The position numbers were made by a program, and so were the translations under genes. This document shows positions 27,230-37,723 of a stretch of DNA of 64,000 bases, in pieces; the stretch's first letter is position 1; the number at the start of each line of letters is the position of its first letter. The stretch lies in NCBI GenBank assembly GCA_049604715.1, contig JBMYTV010000004.1, positions 22,535 through 86,534 of the forward strand, read 5' to 3'. Source of the DNA: Patescibacteria group bacterium (lineage in GTDB: Bacteria > Patescibacteriota > Patescibacteriia > S139-126 > S139-133). A model generated the notes under the pieces. It ran no database searches and was not told the DNA's origin. It worked only from the letters and a program-made list of their open reading frames with translations.

Positions 27230-27880
27230 ATGTTTAATAACAAAACCAAATCACAATTTAAGAAACTGACCATACTCTCAACAGTAGTTGCTGGGATACT
27301 ACATGTAACTTTGGCTTCTTCTCAGCACTCTGCAATACCACCAGAGATGGTTTTCTTTATTTTGGCAGGACTAGCACAGGTTGCTTGGGCGATTGTTTTC
27401 ATGAAGAAACAATCTGATGTGATGTACTACTTTGGCATAGTTATTAATGGTGGCTTATTGGTTGTCTGGGCACTTACTCGTATTTTACCTGCACCATTTT
27501 TAAACGAACCTGAGCATATAGGTACGCTGGATCTAATCATAGCGTTGATCGAAGGGTTAGCAATCTTCACTTTGGTTGTATGGCATGAAAAAGTAAGCCA
27601 TTTACCATCTTTGGTAGTCCGCTTTTCATTAGCAGCTTTGATAGCTTTGGTAATCGGATTTTTTGGATATTATTCAAGCATGGCTGCTACTAGATTTTTT
27701 CCAGATATAGAGGTGGTTGATCACCATGGGGTTGAAATAGGTGATAAACATGCAGATGATGGCCACGATAATGAGAACGAGGTTGACGAAATGCATGAAG
27801 TTGTGGATAATAAAGCTGATTCTACACAGGAGGTAGGGGATGATCAGAGGCATGATGATACAGATGATCATCATGATTAA
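27230..27880 (+). CDS. polytopic membrane protein with His/Asp-rich C-terminal tail (putative metal-binding)
   Basis: 5-6 TM helices; tail HHGVEIGDKHADDGHDNENEVDEMHEV...QRHDDTDDHHD. Confidence 0.45.
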   Translation: MFNNKTKSQFKKLTILSTVVAGILHVTLASSQHSAIPPEMVFFILAGLAQVAWAIVFMKKQSDVMYYFGIVINGGLLVVWALTRILPAPFLNEPEHIGTLDLIIALIEGLAIFTLVVWHEKVSHLPSLVVRFSLAALIALVIGFFGYYSSMAATRFFPDIEVVDHHGVEIGDKHADDGHDNENEVDEMHEVVDNKADSTQEVGDDQRHDDTDDHHD

Positions 27881-27887
27881 TATTCAT

Positions 27888-28304
27888 ATGGCAAGTAAAA
27901 ATACCTACAATTTATACGGTATCGCATTGACTGCTTGTTTTATATTGGCAGCGATTATATTACCTATGTGCCAGACGTACATGATGGATCATGCTAATAT
28001 GGCGCATACAGAACAGGCACAATGCTGTGGTGCTGACGAGTCAAATAGCGAGCTGGTCGCAGCTCATCACATTGCTTACTTCAAGACAATGTATAATGGG
28101 TTAGCAAGTAAGGGCACATTCGCTTTACTTCTTGGATTGGCAGCTTTATTTTTCGTATCGGCATTCCTGGTCTGGTCGCGTAAAGATTTCTCTCATGTAT
28201 TTCAACGGTTAGAACACCATTCAAAACTACCAGAGATACCACTGTGGAATTTTCTACAGATGGCGTATGCTCAAGGGATAGTTCAGAGTAAGCACTTGGA
28301 TTAA
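27888..28304 (+). CDS. membrane protein, hypothetical
   Basis: 2-3 TM helices; CC pair; start taken at the internal ATG after the previous stop. Confidence 0.4.
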   Translation: MASKNTYNLYGIALTACFILAAIILPMCQTYMMDHANMAHTEQAQCCGADESNSELVAAHHIAYFKTMYNGLASKGTFALLLGLAALFFVSAFLVWSRKDFSHVFQRLEHHSKLPEIPLWNFLQMAYAQGIVQSKHLD

Positions 28305-28379
28305 CAATATACGTTCACGTTTTTTAGTTGTGTCAGTTTTTTTGCTGATACACATCTTTATTAATCTAACGTAACGTAT

Positions 28380-29153
28380 ATGGACAAACCAAGTGTTTTT
28401 GACGTTATAGGGCCTGGGAAAACCTTTGGTCTCGGTATCGTCACTGCGATCCTCATAATTTGTACTATTGGATTTTTCGTTCTTTTGAGCGGTAAGTTCG
28501 ACGGCACAGCTACAGCCAAAAGTACAGATACCACTCAAGTAGTAAAAACTGGAACTCAACCAACGCCAACACAACCAACCGCACCACAGCCTGCAGGAAC
28601 TGGTGAAATACAATTAGCAGCTGTCACTGAAAGTGATTGGGTAAAAGGAAACCGTAATGCAAAAATCAGCATTGTGGAGTTTTCTGATACAGAATGTCCT
28701 TTTTGTAAACGATTCCACCCAACCATGCAGCAAGTCATTGATACGTATGGTGATGATGTGAATTGGGTCTATCGGCATTTTCCGCTAGATTCTCTTCATC
28801 CAACTGCACGTAAGGAAGCAGAAGCTACTGAATGTGCAGGTGAACTTGCTGGCAATGATGGTTTCTGGGCATATCTTGATCGATTGTTTGAAGTTACTCC
28901 ATCAAATAATGGTTTACAGCTTTCACAACTCCCGCAAATTGCTGAAGATGTAGGAATTAATAGAGCAAAGTTTGAAGAGTGTCTTGATTCAGGAAGGCAC
29001 GCTAATGCGGTACAAGAAGAATATCAGCAGGCCGTAGCTGCCGGAGGAAGAGGTACTCCTTATTCAGTATTGGTGGTTGGTGATGAAAATATACCAGTTT
29101 CAGGTGCAGTGCCATTTGAACAGTTGAAATCAATTATTGATTCTCAATTATAA
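28380..29153 (+). CDS. DsbA-like thiol:disulfide oxidoreductase, membrane-anchored
   Basis: N-terminal TM, Pro/Thr-rich linker, thioredoxin-fold active site CPFC. Confidence 0.75.
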   Translation: MDKPSVFDVIGPGKTFGLGIVTAILIICTIGFFVLLSGKFDGTATAKSTDTTQVVKTGTQPTPTQPTAPQPAGTGEIQLAAVTESDWVKGNRNAKISIVEFSDTECPFCKRFHPTMQQVIDTYGDDVNWVYRHFPLDSLHPTARKEAEATECAGELAGNDGFWAYLDRLFEVTPSNNGLQLSQLPQIAEDVGINRAKFEECLDSGRHANAVQEEYQQAVAAGGRGTPYSVLVVGDENIPVSGAVPFEQLKSIIDSQL

Positions 29154-29162
29154 ACTTAAGAG

Positions 29163-29738
29163 ATGATGAAGAAATACATTTCACAAGTAGTAACTGCAAT
29201 GAAGCAAGTATTTAGTACGTGGCAGTACTGGTTAGTAAGTCTTGGAGTGGCAGCAATGATAGTTCTGATAACAATTTTGCTTTCACAATACCAATTCATT
29301 GCTACCATTCTTGATTCAGAGCTGTTTGATTCAAAAGTGAAATTCAAAGCAATACTCAGTTCTTTGGGATCTTTCCAAACTAATTTGACGCTAGAAGATC
29401 AAGTCTTTGCTGTGGCCATAGCATTACTTTCGGGAGTTACTATGGCAATTGTTGTGTATTACTTTAAGCATAGATTTTCCCTTCAAATGGCAACTGGTAC
29501 GAGCTTTTTGGGAGTCTTGGTTGGATTGTTTGGTGTGGGATGTTCTGCGTGCGGATCGGTAGTTGTTTCTACTATTTTTGGAATCGGAGCAGCAAGTGCT
29601 TTTTTAGGAGCATTGCCATTCAAAGGAACTGAGATAAGTATATTGAGCATACTGATATTACTTGGCTCAATATACATGATTGCAAAGAAAATAGTTTCAC
29701 CAGATGTGTGTGAAATAAAACCTTCTTCATCGTCTTGA
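29163..29738 (+). CDS. membrane protein with Cys-rich motif, hypothetical
   Basis: 4 TM helices; GVGCSACGS motif. Confidence 0.4.
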   Translation: MMKKYISQVVTAMKQVFSTWQYWLVSLGVAAMIVLITILLSQYQFIATILDSELFDSKVKFKAILSSLGSFQTNLTLEDQVFAVAIALLSGVTMAIVVYYFKHRFSLQMATGTSFLGVLVGLFGVGCSACGSVVVSTIFGIGAASAFLGALPFKGTEISILSILILLGSIYMIAKKIVSPDVCEIKPSSSS

Positions 29739-29759
29739 GACACTTTAAAGACGAATTAT

Positions 29760-30581
29760 ATGAAAAATAAGAAATACTTTATTGGAGGAATAGTAGTCCT
29801 TGTGCTTATCATTGGCGCTTTTATGTTAGGTAAAGGTGAGACCAATGAAGCGCAGGCACAGGGCAAGTTAGAAGTAGCTGAAACACATTATGACTTTGGT
29901 ACAATTGGTCTTGATAATGTAACCCATCCTTTTACTGTGAAGAATATTGGTGCAGGACCTCTAACCATTGAACGAGTATCAACATCATGTGGCTGCACTA
30001 CAGCCCAACTTAAGCAGGGTAGCAAAACCAGTGTTCAGTTTGGTATGGACCATGGAAATTTGCCAAAGGCCAACATGACCTTGCAGCCAGGCGAAGAAAC
30101 CGAAGTATTAGTGACATATAACCCACTAGCACATGGATTAAATAACGCAGCAGGACATTTTCGCAGAATTGTTTATATTCAGACCAGTAATCCTAAAGAA
30201 GAACATGAACTCATAGTTGAGATGACGGTTGATCCTGATAAAAAAACAGCACAGGAAGCTCAAATAGAATTTGATAAGCAGTCGTATGACTTTGGTCAAA
30301 TTCCAAAAGAGGGTGGTGTAGTAGAAACGACATTCACTGTATTTAATCGGGGTGGAGAAAGTCTGGCTATCAGTGATATCACCACTTCATGTGGGTGTAC
30401 TAGTGCGGAAATTGCATCAGAAAATATCCGGCCTAATGGTTCTACTAAACTAACTGTTCGGTTTGATCCTGATTTTCACGATGAACCACAAGGCAAGCTA
30501 GAGAGAATAGTCACGCTATTTACCAATGACCCAGAAAACCCTGAGGCTAATGTAGAAATATATGCTGAAATTATTGAATAA
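29760..30581 (+). CDS. DUF1573-like repeat protein (two CGC-containing beta domains), membrane-anchored
   Basis: Duplicated YDFG...STSCGCTTAQ / YDFGQ...TTSCGCTSAE modules. Confidence 0.55.
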   Translation: MKNKKYFIGGIVVLVLIIGAFMLGKGETNEAQAQGKLEVAETHYDFGTIGLDNVTHPFTVKNIGAGPLTIERVSTSCGCTTAQLKQGSKTSVQFGMDHGNLPKANMTLQPGEETEVLVTYNPLAHGLNNAAGHFRRIVYIQTSNPKEEHELIVEMTVDPDKKTAQEAQIEFDKQSYDFGQIPKEGGVVETTFTVFNRGGESLAISDITTSCGCTSAEIASENIRPNGSTKLTVRFDPDFHDEPQGKLERIVTLFTNDPENPEANVEIYAEIIE

Positions 30582-31785
30582 GCTCATAGTCTTTGTCGGT
30601 ATTGGCTTTTTGTTGGCGACCCCTGCTTTTGTTTCTGCTCAACAATCATTTTCTTCAGCTGAAGTTTATTACAACGAAGCATGTGGTGGGTGTAATGTCT
30701 ATTTGCAGGAAAAGTTAATCCCATATCTTGAAGAGCAGGGGTTAGTCGTAGAAATGCATGATTATGTAAACGACAAACAGGCTCGTAAAGACATGAATGC
30801 ATTTCAGGAACGTCTTGGAATTCCGTATGAGCTGCAAAGCCATATCATGACCTTTGTTGATAATGGAAAGTTGGTAATTGGTGGTCATGTGCCACTGGAA
30901 AGGGTAGAGGAGCTGTTTGCTGCAGGTGCATTACCTGACCAACTTGTAGTGTACCAAGATCAGATGCTTGAAATGGGGATCAACCCTGATACGGTGTCGT
31001 ACACGATTTGGCAACCTGATGTTGAAGTAAAAGAGTATGAATTAAATGAACCACTAACTACTTATTTGAGTGAGTGGGAAGTAGGGTCCCTGCAGCCAAG
31101 TAAATGGCAAGAAAAATCATTGTTACCGTTGGTACTGACGACCGGGTTGGTAGACGGATTGAATCCATGTGCATTTGCAGTACTGCTATTTTTTATAGCG
31201 TTCCTGTATTCAATCAGACGGTCGACCAGGCAAGTTTGGTTGATGGGCGCAACGTATATTGCTGGAATTTATCTGATTTATCTCAGTATTGGTCTTGGGT
31301 TATTTCAAGCAGTTACCATTTCCAGTCAACCTCACTTTATTGCTAAAGTGGCAGCGTGGTTAATTATTGGATTAGGTGGTTTGACGGTAACACAACATTT
31401 GTTCCCGCAGTTACCATTTAGATTTCGATTACCATCTTTTTCCAAAGTCACCATTAAAGAATGGCTAACAAAAGCTACCTTACCAGCCAGCTTTATTGCT
31501 GGTGTGATAGTGGGGTTGTGCACATTTCCGTGCTCAGGAGGGATTTATGTAGCAGTTGTGAGTATGTTGACTACGCAGAGTACGTTTGCGAAAGGATTAG
31601 GCTACTTAGCTGTGTACAATGTGATGTTTGTGGTACCACTTATTGCCATTTTGCTCGCGGTTGGGAATAAAAAGTCAGTTGAAAAGGTTGAAACATGGGA
31701 AAAGAAAAAAGCCGGGATGTTCAAATTAATCAGTGGTGTAGTTATGGTTTTGTTGGGACTTAGCATTTTGATTTGGTTTGTTTGA
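30562..31785 (+). CDS. thioredoxin-like domain fused to a CcdA/DsbD-type transmembrane thiol-disulfide transporter
   Basis: N-terminal CGGC; TM core with LNPCAFAVLLFF and TFPCSGG motifs. Confidence 0.7.
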   Translation: MLKLLNKLIVFVGIGFLLATPAFVSAQQSFSSAEVYYNEACGGCNVYLQEKLIPYLEEQGLVVEMHDYVNDKQARKDMNAFQERLGIPYELQSHIMTFVDNGKLVIGGHVPLERVEELFAAGALPDQLVVYQDQMLEMGINPDTVSYTIWQPDVEVKEYELNEPLTTYLSEWEVGSLQPSKWQEKSLLPLVLTTGLVDGLNPCAFAVLLFFIAFLYSIRRSTRQVWLMGATYIAGIYLIYLSIGLGLFQAVTISSQPHFIAKVAAWLIIGLGGLTVTQHLFPQLPFRFRLPSFSKVTIKEWLTKATLPASFIAGVIVGLCTFPCSGGIYVAVVSMLTTQSTFAKGLGYLAVYNVMFVVPLIAILLAVGNKKSVEKVETWEKKKAGMFKLISGVVMVLLGLSILIWFV

Positions 31786-32236
31786 TGATAACTATATGAC
31801 AGTTGTATTTATTTCACTAACAGTCATACTGGCAATTTACTTCATCATAGCCTTTTCTCCACTTAAGGTGTGTGCGATTTGTTCTGCGGTGAGCATGACA
31901 TGGCTTGGCTTGTTGTTAACGTATATGCTTGGCATGCATGAAGAGATAGTTTGGTTGGGAGTACTCATGGGGGGAAGTGTAGTTGGATTGATGTACAAGC
32001 TTGATAGTTACTGGAAAGAGAAAAAGTATTCAGGTACATGGCTGCTCAAACTAACAATTATTGTGTTTGGTTTTTTGACCGTCTATGTAGTCGTGAACAC
32101 ACTGTGGACAGATTTTTTCTGGCTTGTGCCATCCATGGTTGTTGTGAGCACGATCGGGGTCATGCTTCTCAGAAGTAATAAGGAAGACAATGTATCTTCA
32201 AAATTACAAAGTAAACTTGATCATTGTTGTGATTAA
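31778..32236 (+). CDS. membrane protein, hypothetical
   Basis: 4 TM helices; CAICS motif. Confidence 0.35.
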   Translation: MFDDNYMTVVFISLTVILAIYFIIAFSPLKVCAICSAVSMTWLGLLLTYMLGMHEEIVWLGVLMGGSVVGLMYKLDSYWKEKKYSGTWLLKLTIIVFGFLTVYVVVNTLWTDFFWLVPSMVVVSTIGVMLLRSNKEDNVSSKLQSKLDHCCD

Positions 32237-32255
32237 GAATGTAATCTACTGAACT

Positions 32256-32528
32256 ATGGTAACAAAAGACCAAACAAATAAAGAAAAAGCACTTGATAGT
32301 ATTGGATGCGCCAAAGCCAAAGTAAGTAAGATGTTGGTTATGATTGAACACAATGATGATGTGATGACGATAATCCATGAGTCAGAAGCTACCAGACGGG
32401 CATTAAAACGTGCTGACCGCATGATCATCAAACGACATCTGGAGAAAGTTGCGTATGAACAACGTGGTCATACGGGCCAAGCCACTGCACGGGAGTTATT
32501 ATCGTTACTCAAATTTTGGCTAGATTGA
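32256..32528 (+). CDS. CsoR/RcnR-family (DUF156) metal-sensing transcriptional repressor-like
   Basis: 90-aa helical protein with conserved Cys (IGCAK) and His (IIHES) positions in the CsoR-like pattern; heads the copper operon. Confidence 0.45.
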   Translation: MVTKDQTNKEKALDSIGCAKAKVSKMLVMIEHNDDVMTIIHESEATRRALKRADRMIIKRHLEKVAYEQRGHTGQATARELLSLLKFWLD

Positions 32529-32552
32529 TTACTAACCTTAAATAGCTATGTT

Positions 32553-33134
32553 ATGAATTTCAAATTACTAATTATTTTGCTGCTCATCATAGGCGGACTC
32601 GGTGTGCTCTGGTCAGTTAGTAGTTTCTTTAGTAGTAAAGGAAATGATAAGTTGGTTCAAAATCAGGAGAACTTTGAGCGAGCAATAAATGCTGAACTCC
32701 CTGATAAGTGTCAGACACCTGTAGGGTATACTAATGATGAATGGCTGGGACATATGTCGCATCATCCAGATAGGTATCAAGAATGTTTGCAGGAAGTTGA
32801 TCTGGATGCTATAGCACGTAAAGATATAGGTTCACAAGATCTGGCATTAATGCTTGAACAAAAAGACTTTGTGTTAATTGATACTCATATTCCAGAGCAA
32901 AAACACATTCCCGGAACTGACGTGTTTATTTCTTTTAACGAAATTACAGACCAACTTTCGCAGTTGCCTCAGGATAAGAATGCAAAGATCGTATTATATT
33001 GCCGTAGCGGCAATATGAGTGAGCGCGCTTCTCAGGATTTGATTGAGCTGGGTTACACCAATGTATACAATTTAGTTGGTGGAACAAATGCTTGGCAACA
33101 GGCTGGTTACTTGGTTGAGGATGTTTCACTATAA
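32553..33134 (+). CDS. rhodanese-domain sulfurtransferase, membrane-anchored
   Basis: Active-site loop YCRSGNMS; NLVGGTNAWQQAGY. Confidence 0.75.
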   Translation: MNFKLLIILLLIIGGLGVLWSVSSFFSSKGNDKLVQNQENFERAINAELPDKCQTPVGYTNDEWLGHMSHHPDRYQECLQEVDLDAIARKDIGSQDLALMLEQKDFVLIDTHIPEQKHIPGTDVFISFNEITDQLSQLPQDKNAKIVLYCRSGNMSERASQDLIELGYTNVYNLVGGTNAWQQAGYLVEDVSL

Positions 33135-33139
33135 TAGGC

Positions 33140-33592
33140 ATGAAAAAAGAACTTAGAAACAAAGCTTTATTGTGGGGAGTTATAGCAATACTTGGTATGA
33201 CATTGTTTTATATAGTGATCATGTTACTAACCATGTCACCCAGTGAAGCTTGGTTAAATTTTATTAGCCTCTGGCACTATATCGTAGGAATTATTGTTGG
33301 TTTTGGAATACAGGTTGGATTGTGGGTATATATAAAGAACTGTGGTAAGAGTAGCGCTCATGGAGCAATGCCAGGAGCAAGTGGCACCATGTCTGGCACG
33401 GCCATGGTTGCGTGTTGTGCGCATCATTTAACAGAAGTATTGCCAGTATTTGGGTTAACTGGAGCGACTATATTTCTTACGCAGTATCAAAAACCCTTTC
33501 TCATACTCGGTGTATCAATTAATATTCTTGGTATTGCATATATGCTTCAAATCCTACAGAAGCACCAAAAAATAACTATTAACAGTGAATAA
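33140..33592 (+). CDS. membrane protein with CC-HH motif, hypothetical
   Basis: 4 TM helices; MVACCAHH. Confidence 0.35.
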   Translation: MKKELRNKALLWGVIAILGMTLFYIVIMLLTMSPSEAWLNFISLWHYIVGIIVGFGIQVGLWVYIKNCGKSSAHGAMPGASGTMSGTAMVACCAHHLTEVLPVFGLTGATIFLTQYQKPFLILGVSINILGIAYMLQILQKHQKITINSE

Positions 33593-33983
33593 TTGTATGT
33601 CCAACTACGGATATTCCAAACGATTACAAGTTTCTTTTGATGAAGCGGTTGAACGAGCAGTAACTGCACTCAAAGAGCAAGGGTTTGGTATACTGACAGA
33701 TATAGACGTAAAGGAGACATTGAAGAAAAAATTAGACGTGGATTTTAAACAGTATCGCATTTTAGGAGCATGCAATCCACCTCAAGCGTATAAGGCATTG
33801 CAGTTAGAGGAAGAGCTTGGCTTGTTGTTGCCGTGTAATGTGATTGTGTATGAAAAAGATAGTGATGTAATAGTGTCTGCTTTAAAGCCGAGCGTTGCGT
33901 TCACAATTGTAGAAAATACACAACTTGAGTCAGTAGCTTCAGAGGTTGAACAAATATTAAAACAAGTGATTGATAACGTATAA
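33585..33983 (+). CDS. DUF302-family protein
   Basis: [25 protein letters not shown]...ILGACNP pattern. Confidence 0.5.
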   Translation: MNNCMSNYGYSKRLQVSFDEAVERAVTALKEQGFGILTDIDVKETLKKKLDVDFKQYRILGACNPPQAYKALQLEEELGLLLPCNVIVYEKDSDVIVSALKPSVAFTIVENTQLESVASEVEQILKQVIDNV

Positions 33984-36222
33984 AAATATGGCAAAGAAAA
34001 TACAACTAAATATTGAAGGAATGCATTGTGCGTCGTGTGTTGCACATATTGAAGGAGACCTTAAGAAAAAAGAGGGTGTTAAAAGCGCACGAGTCAATTT
34101 TGCAACTGAAACAGGGCAAGTTGAATTTGATGAATCACAGGTTAGCCAAGAAGACATTGTCCAGACAATAAAAAAGACTGGTTATAGCGCAACTCCTTTG
34201 GAAGAACCGTCACATGCTCATCATACGGAACATGGCCATGACAATTCTCATGACCATTCAGCTAGTTCTGGGCAGGATCATTCTGCTCACGCAAGTGCTG
34301 AAAGTGACCGTCAGGTAAAGGACAGGTTGAAGAAAGTAGTTATCGCAGGGGTATCGACTATAGGCATTCTTATTTTGATGGCGGTGCATATCGAGAACGG
34401 GATGTTTATCATGCTGTTGCTTTCATTAGGCGCTCTCTGGGCTGGACAAGAGTTTTTCAAAGTTGGATTTCCGGCACTACTGCGGGGTAGGCCAGATATG
34501 AATACATTGGTTGCACTTGGTGTAACAGCTGCCTTTTTATACTCAACCTACGCAACATTGTTCAATCCAGAACTTGGCGAATACTTTATGGACGTTGGTA
34601 TCATTACTACGTTTATTTTACTTGGACGCTACTTGGAAGCGCGGGCAAAAGGAAAGGCTTCAGAAGCAATTAAAAAGTTATTACAGTTATCTGCCAAAGT
34701 TGCACATAAAGTCGTGCGAGAAAATACAACACAAGATATTCCAGTTGATCAGGTTCAAAAAGGTGATGTGTTGCTCGTCAAGCCAGGAGAGAAAATTCCA
34801 GTTGATGGTGAAATAGTAAAAGGTACCGCAACGGTTGACGAATCAATGGTCACTGGCGAAAGTATTCCAGTTGATAAAAAGGAGAAAGATCAGGTGATAG
34901 GCGCTACTATCAATGGAAATCAGACATTTACTATGAAAGCTCGGAAAGTTGGTTCTGAAACAGTGCTCGCTCATATAGTGAAGCTAGTGCAAGAAGCTCA
35001 AATGTCCAGGGCACCAATACAAAAGCTGGTTGATAAAGTTTCAAAGTATTTTGTCTGGGGAGTGATCATCATAGCTATTGCTACGCTTGCAGGATGGATT
35101 AGTTTTTCAGGCGAAGCAGCACGCGCTTTGATTTACACTGTTGCTGTCCTGATTATTGCCTGCCCCTGCGCTTTAGGTCTGGCAACTCCAATATCTATTG
35201 TAGTTGGTACTGGTCGCGGTGCGTCTTTGGGTATTTTGATTAAAAATGCTGAGGCTCTTGAGAAAATGCATAAAATAACAGTGGTTGCTTTTGATAAAAC
35301 TGGAACAATTACTAAAGGACATCCAGAAGTGCAAGAATGGGTACAGATAAGCAAAGATGCTGATGCGTTACTTCCGGCAGCGCTATCTCTCGAGTCTCAG
35401 TCAGAACACCCACTGGCCAAAAGTATTGTGGACTGGTTTGCTAAGGAGAAGAATGCACTAAAACCATACAACCTTTCTGAGGTTAAGGCAGTCACAGGTA
35501 AAGGTATTGAGGGTAAAGATGAGAATAAAATCTATCGAGTTGGTAGCATAAAGTTTTTATTAGAAAGCAAAGTTACTGTTACTAAAGAGAACAAAAACAA
35601 CATTGAGACCTATGCACAAAAAGGACATACCATCATAGGCTTTGCCAAAGATGGGGAATTGGTAGGTTTCTTTGCTGTTCAGGATGGGCTCAAGGAATCT
35701 TCTGTTGAAGCTATTACTATTCTCAAAAACAGAGGCATCAAAACAGTTATGCTAACAGGAGATAATGAGGCAGTGGCAAAAGAAATAGCTCGTCAGGTGG
35801 GTATTGATGAGGTTAGGGCTGAAGTCATGCCAGAGGATAAAGTGAGCGTTATCAAAGAACTGCAAGACAAGGGTGAATTTGTAGCAATGGTCGGTGATGG
35901 TATTAACGATTCACCGGCACTTGCACAAGCGAATGTCGGTATTGCTATGGGTACAGGAACTGATGTTGCAGTAGAGACAGGAGACGTTGTGTTGGTTAAG
36001 GGTGATCTTATGAAAGCAGCTGAAGCAATCGGTCTATCTGAGGCTACACTTAAAAACATTAAGCAAAATCTTTTTTGGGCTTTTATATACAATACAGTTG
36101 GTATCCCGATTGCGGCTTTGGGATTCTTAAGCCCAGCGTTCAGTGCTGCTGCTATGGCTTTTAGCAGTATTTCAGTTGTATTAAATGCTTTGCGGTTAAA
36201 GAAGGTTAAGATGACAAAATAA
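33970..36222 (+). CDS. copA: copper-translocating P1B-type ATPase
   Basis: [11 protein letters not shown], His-rich linker, [30 protein letters not shown]. Confidence 0.9.
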   Translation: MITYKNMAKKIQLNIEGMHCASCVAHIEGDLKKKEGVKSARVNFATETGQVEFDESQVSQEDIVQTIKKTGYSATPLEEPSHAHHTEHGHDNSHDHSASSGQDHSAHASAESDRQVKDRLKKVVIAGVSTIGILILMAVHIENGMFIMLLLSLGALWAGQEFFKVGFPALLRGRPDMNTLVALGVTAAFLYSTYATLFNPELGEYFMDVGIITTFILLGRYLEARAKGKASEAIKKLLQLSAKVAHKVVRENTTQDIPVDQVQKGDVLLVKPGEKIPVDGEIVKGTATVDESMVTGESIPVDKKEKDQVIGATINGNQTFTMKARKVGSETVLAHIVKLVQEAQMSRAPIQKLVDKVSKYFVWGVIIIAIATLAGWISFSGEAARALIYTVAVLIIACPCALGLATPISIVVGTGRGASLGILIKNAEALEKMHKITVVAFDKTGTITKGHPEVQEWVQISKDADALLPAALSLESQSEHPLAKSIVDWFAKEKNALKPYNLSEVKAVTGKGIEGKDENKIYRVGSIKFLLESKVTVTKENKNNIETYAQKGHTIIGFAKDGELVGFFAVQDGLKESSVEAITILKNRGIKTVMLTGDNEAVAKEIARQVGIDEVRAEVMPEDKVSVIKELQDKGEFVAMVGDGINDSPALAQANVGIAMGTGTDVAVETGDVVLVKGDLMKAAEAIGLSEATLKNIKQNLFWAFIYNTVGIPIAALGFLSPAFSAAAMAFSSISVVLNALRLKKVKMTK

Positions 36223-36226
36223 TTTC

Positions 36227-37699
36227 ATGAAATTCAGAGCTATTATTAGTATTGTCGTATTTGCATTGATTGCAGGAGGTGGTGTGTGGTTGTATAAAAA
36301 TCAACAAAATACGGAAGGTGTTATTCGGCAAACAAATAGCGATATCAGTAACATCAAACAAGGTTTGCGCAAAGAATTTGCAGATGCTTATGAGAAAGAC
36401 AGCGTACCAAGTGGAAAGGTGGTAGCTTTTGACATGATTGCTGAGCCTAGTACTGTTGAATTATTTACTCAAGATGATGTGGGACTGGAGTTAGATGATT
36501 ATACAACCAGTGTGTGGACCTATAATGGTACGGTGCCAGGTCCTGAGATTAGGATAAAGCTTGGTGATACATTACGACTCAATTTTACTAATAATTTACC
36601 ACAAGAAACGACAGTGCATTTTCATGGCGTGCGAGTGCCAAATGCTATGGATGGAGTGCCAGGAATAACGCAAGAACCTATACAACCGGGCGATAGTTTT
36701 GTATATGAATTTACTCCAAAAGACGCAGGTACCTTCTGGTTTCATCCACATGTGAAGACATCAGAGCAGATGGAACGAGGACTATATGGAACACTGATTG
36801 TCGAGGACGAGATAGACGATCAATACACTCAAGATGTCACATGGGTAATAGACGATTGGAGAATTGGACAAGATTTGCAAATAGATCCAAACTTTAATAC
36901 CATGCATGATTTAATGCATGATGGCAGGTGGGGAAATGTTGTTACAGTTAATGGGAAGCTAGACGAGAAGCTATATGTTAAACCCGGTGAGAGAATCCGT
37001 CTTCGCCTGGTAAACACATCGAATGGACGAGTTTATGTGCCTGTTTTTGCTGGGCTAAAACCTATGGTGATAGCAGTTGATGGAATGTACGTCAAAGAAC
37101 CATTCTTGCTAGATAGATTTGAGCTAGCGCCAGGCAACCGACTTGATATTGATATTACAATTCCGGATAATGAAAGGACGTTCATTGTTTCTGACTATTT
37201 TGGACGTAATGTAAATCCATTAGGTGAGATTATTTCAGAAGGTGCAGTAGTAGCTACACCAGATTTTGAGTATCCGCATAATGATAAAGTTCCTGAATGG
37301 AATGATGTTGCTATTCTCCCTATAAATAAAGAGTATCGATTAAACGCTCGTCGCAAAAGCGGTCATGGCGTGATGGGTGGTATTGAATGGACCATCAATG
37401 ATAAAGCGTTTCCCGAATATGATCCATTTACTTTTGCCTATGATGAAATAAATATCTTTCAGTTTACTAACGAGTCTGCACGCTTGCACCCAATGCATCT
37501 ACATGGACAATTTTTCAAAGTTATTTCCAAAAATGGCCAGATAGCTAATGAAGAATATTTTCGTGATACAGTCTTAGTAGGATCAAAAGAAACAGTAGTT
37601 TTGGCTACCGTACCTCTCGATAAGGGTTCATGGGTTAACCACTGCCATACTCTTGAACACGCTGAAGCTGGGATGCTAACTGTTGTAGAAGTAGAATAA
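36227..37699 (+). CDS. multicopper oxidase
   Basis: HFHGVRVP, WFHPHV, HPMHLHG, HCHTLEHAEAGM copper-site motifs; N-terminal TM/signal. Confidence 0.85.
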   Translation: MKFRAIISIVVFALIAGGGVWLYKNQQNTEGVIRQTNSDISNIKQGLRKEFADAYEKDSVPSGKVVAFDMIAEPSTVELFTQDDVGLELDDYTTSVWTYNGTVPGPEIRIKLGDTLRLNFTNNLPQETTVHFHGVRVPNAMDGVPGITQEPIQPGDSFVYEFTPKDAGTFWFHPHVKTSEQMERGLYGTLIVEDEIDDQYTQDVTWVIDDWRIGQDLQIDPNFNTMHDLMHDGRWGNVVTVNGKLDEKLYVKPGERIRLRLVNTSNGRVYVPVFAGLKPMVIAVDGMYVKEPFLLDRFELAPGNRLDIDITIPDNERTFIVSDYFGRNVNPLGEIISEGAVVATPDFEYPHNDKVPEWNDVAILPINKEYRLNARRKSGHGVMGGIEWTINDKAFPEYDPFTFAYDEINIFQFTNESARLHPMHLHGQFFKVISKNGQIANEEYFRDTVLVGSKETVVLATVPLDKGSWVNHCHTLEHAEAGMLTVVEVE

Positions 37700-37703
37700 G
37701 CGC

Positions 37704-37723
37704 AGTCGACAAACTGTTGGTAA
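37704..37723. repeat. 20-bp direct repeat, copy B (AGTCGACAAACTGTTGGTAA)
   Basis: 19/20 identical to 27103-27122; 4 nt after the multicopper oxidase stop. Confidence 0.5.
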
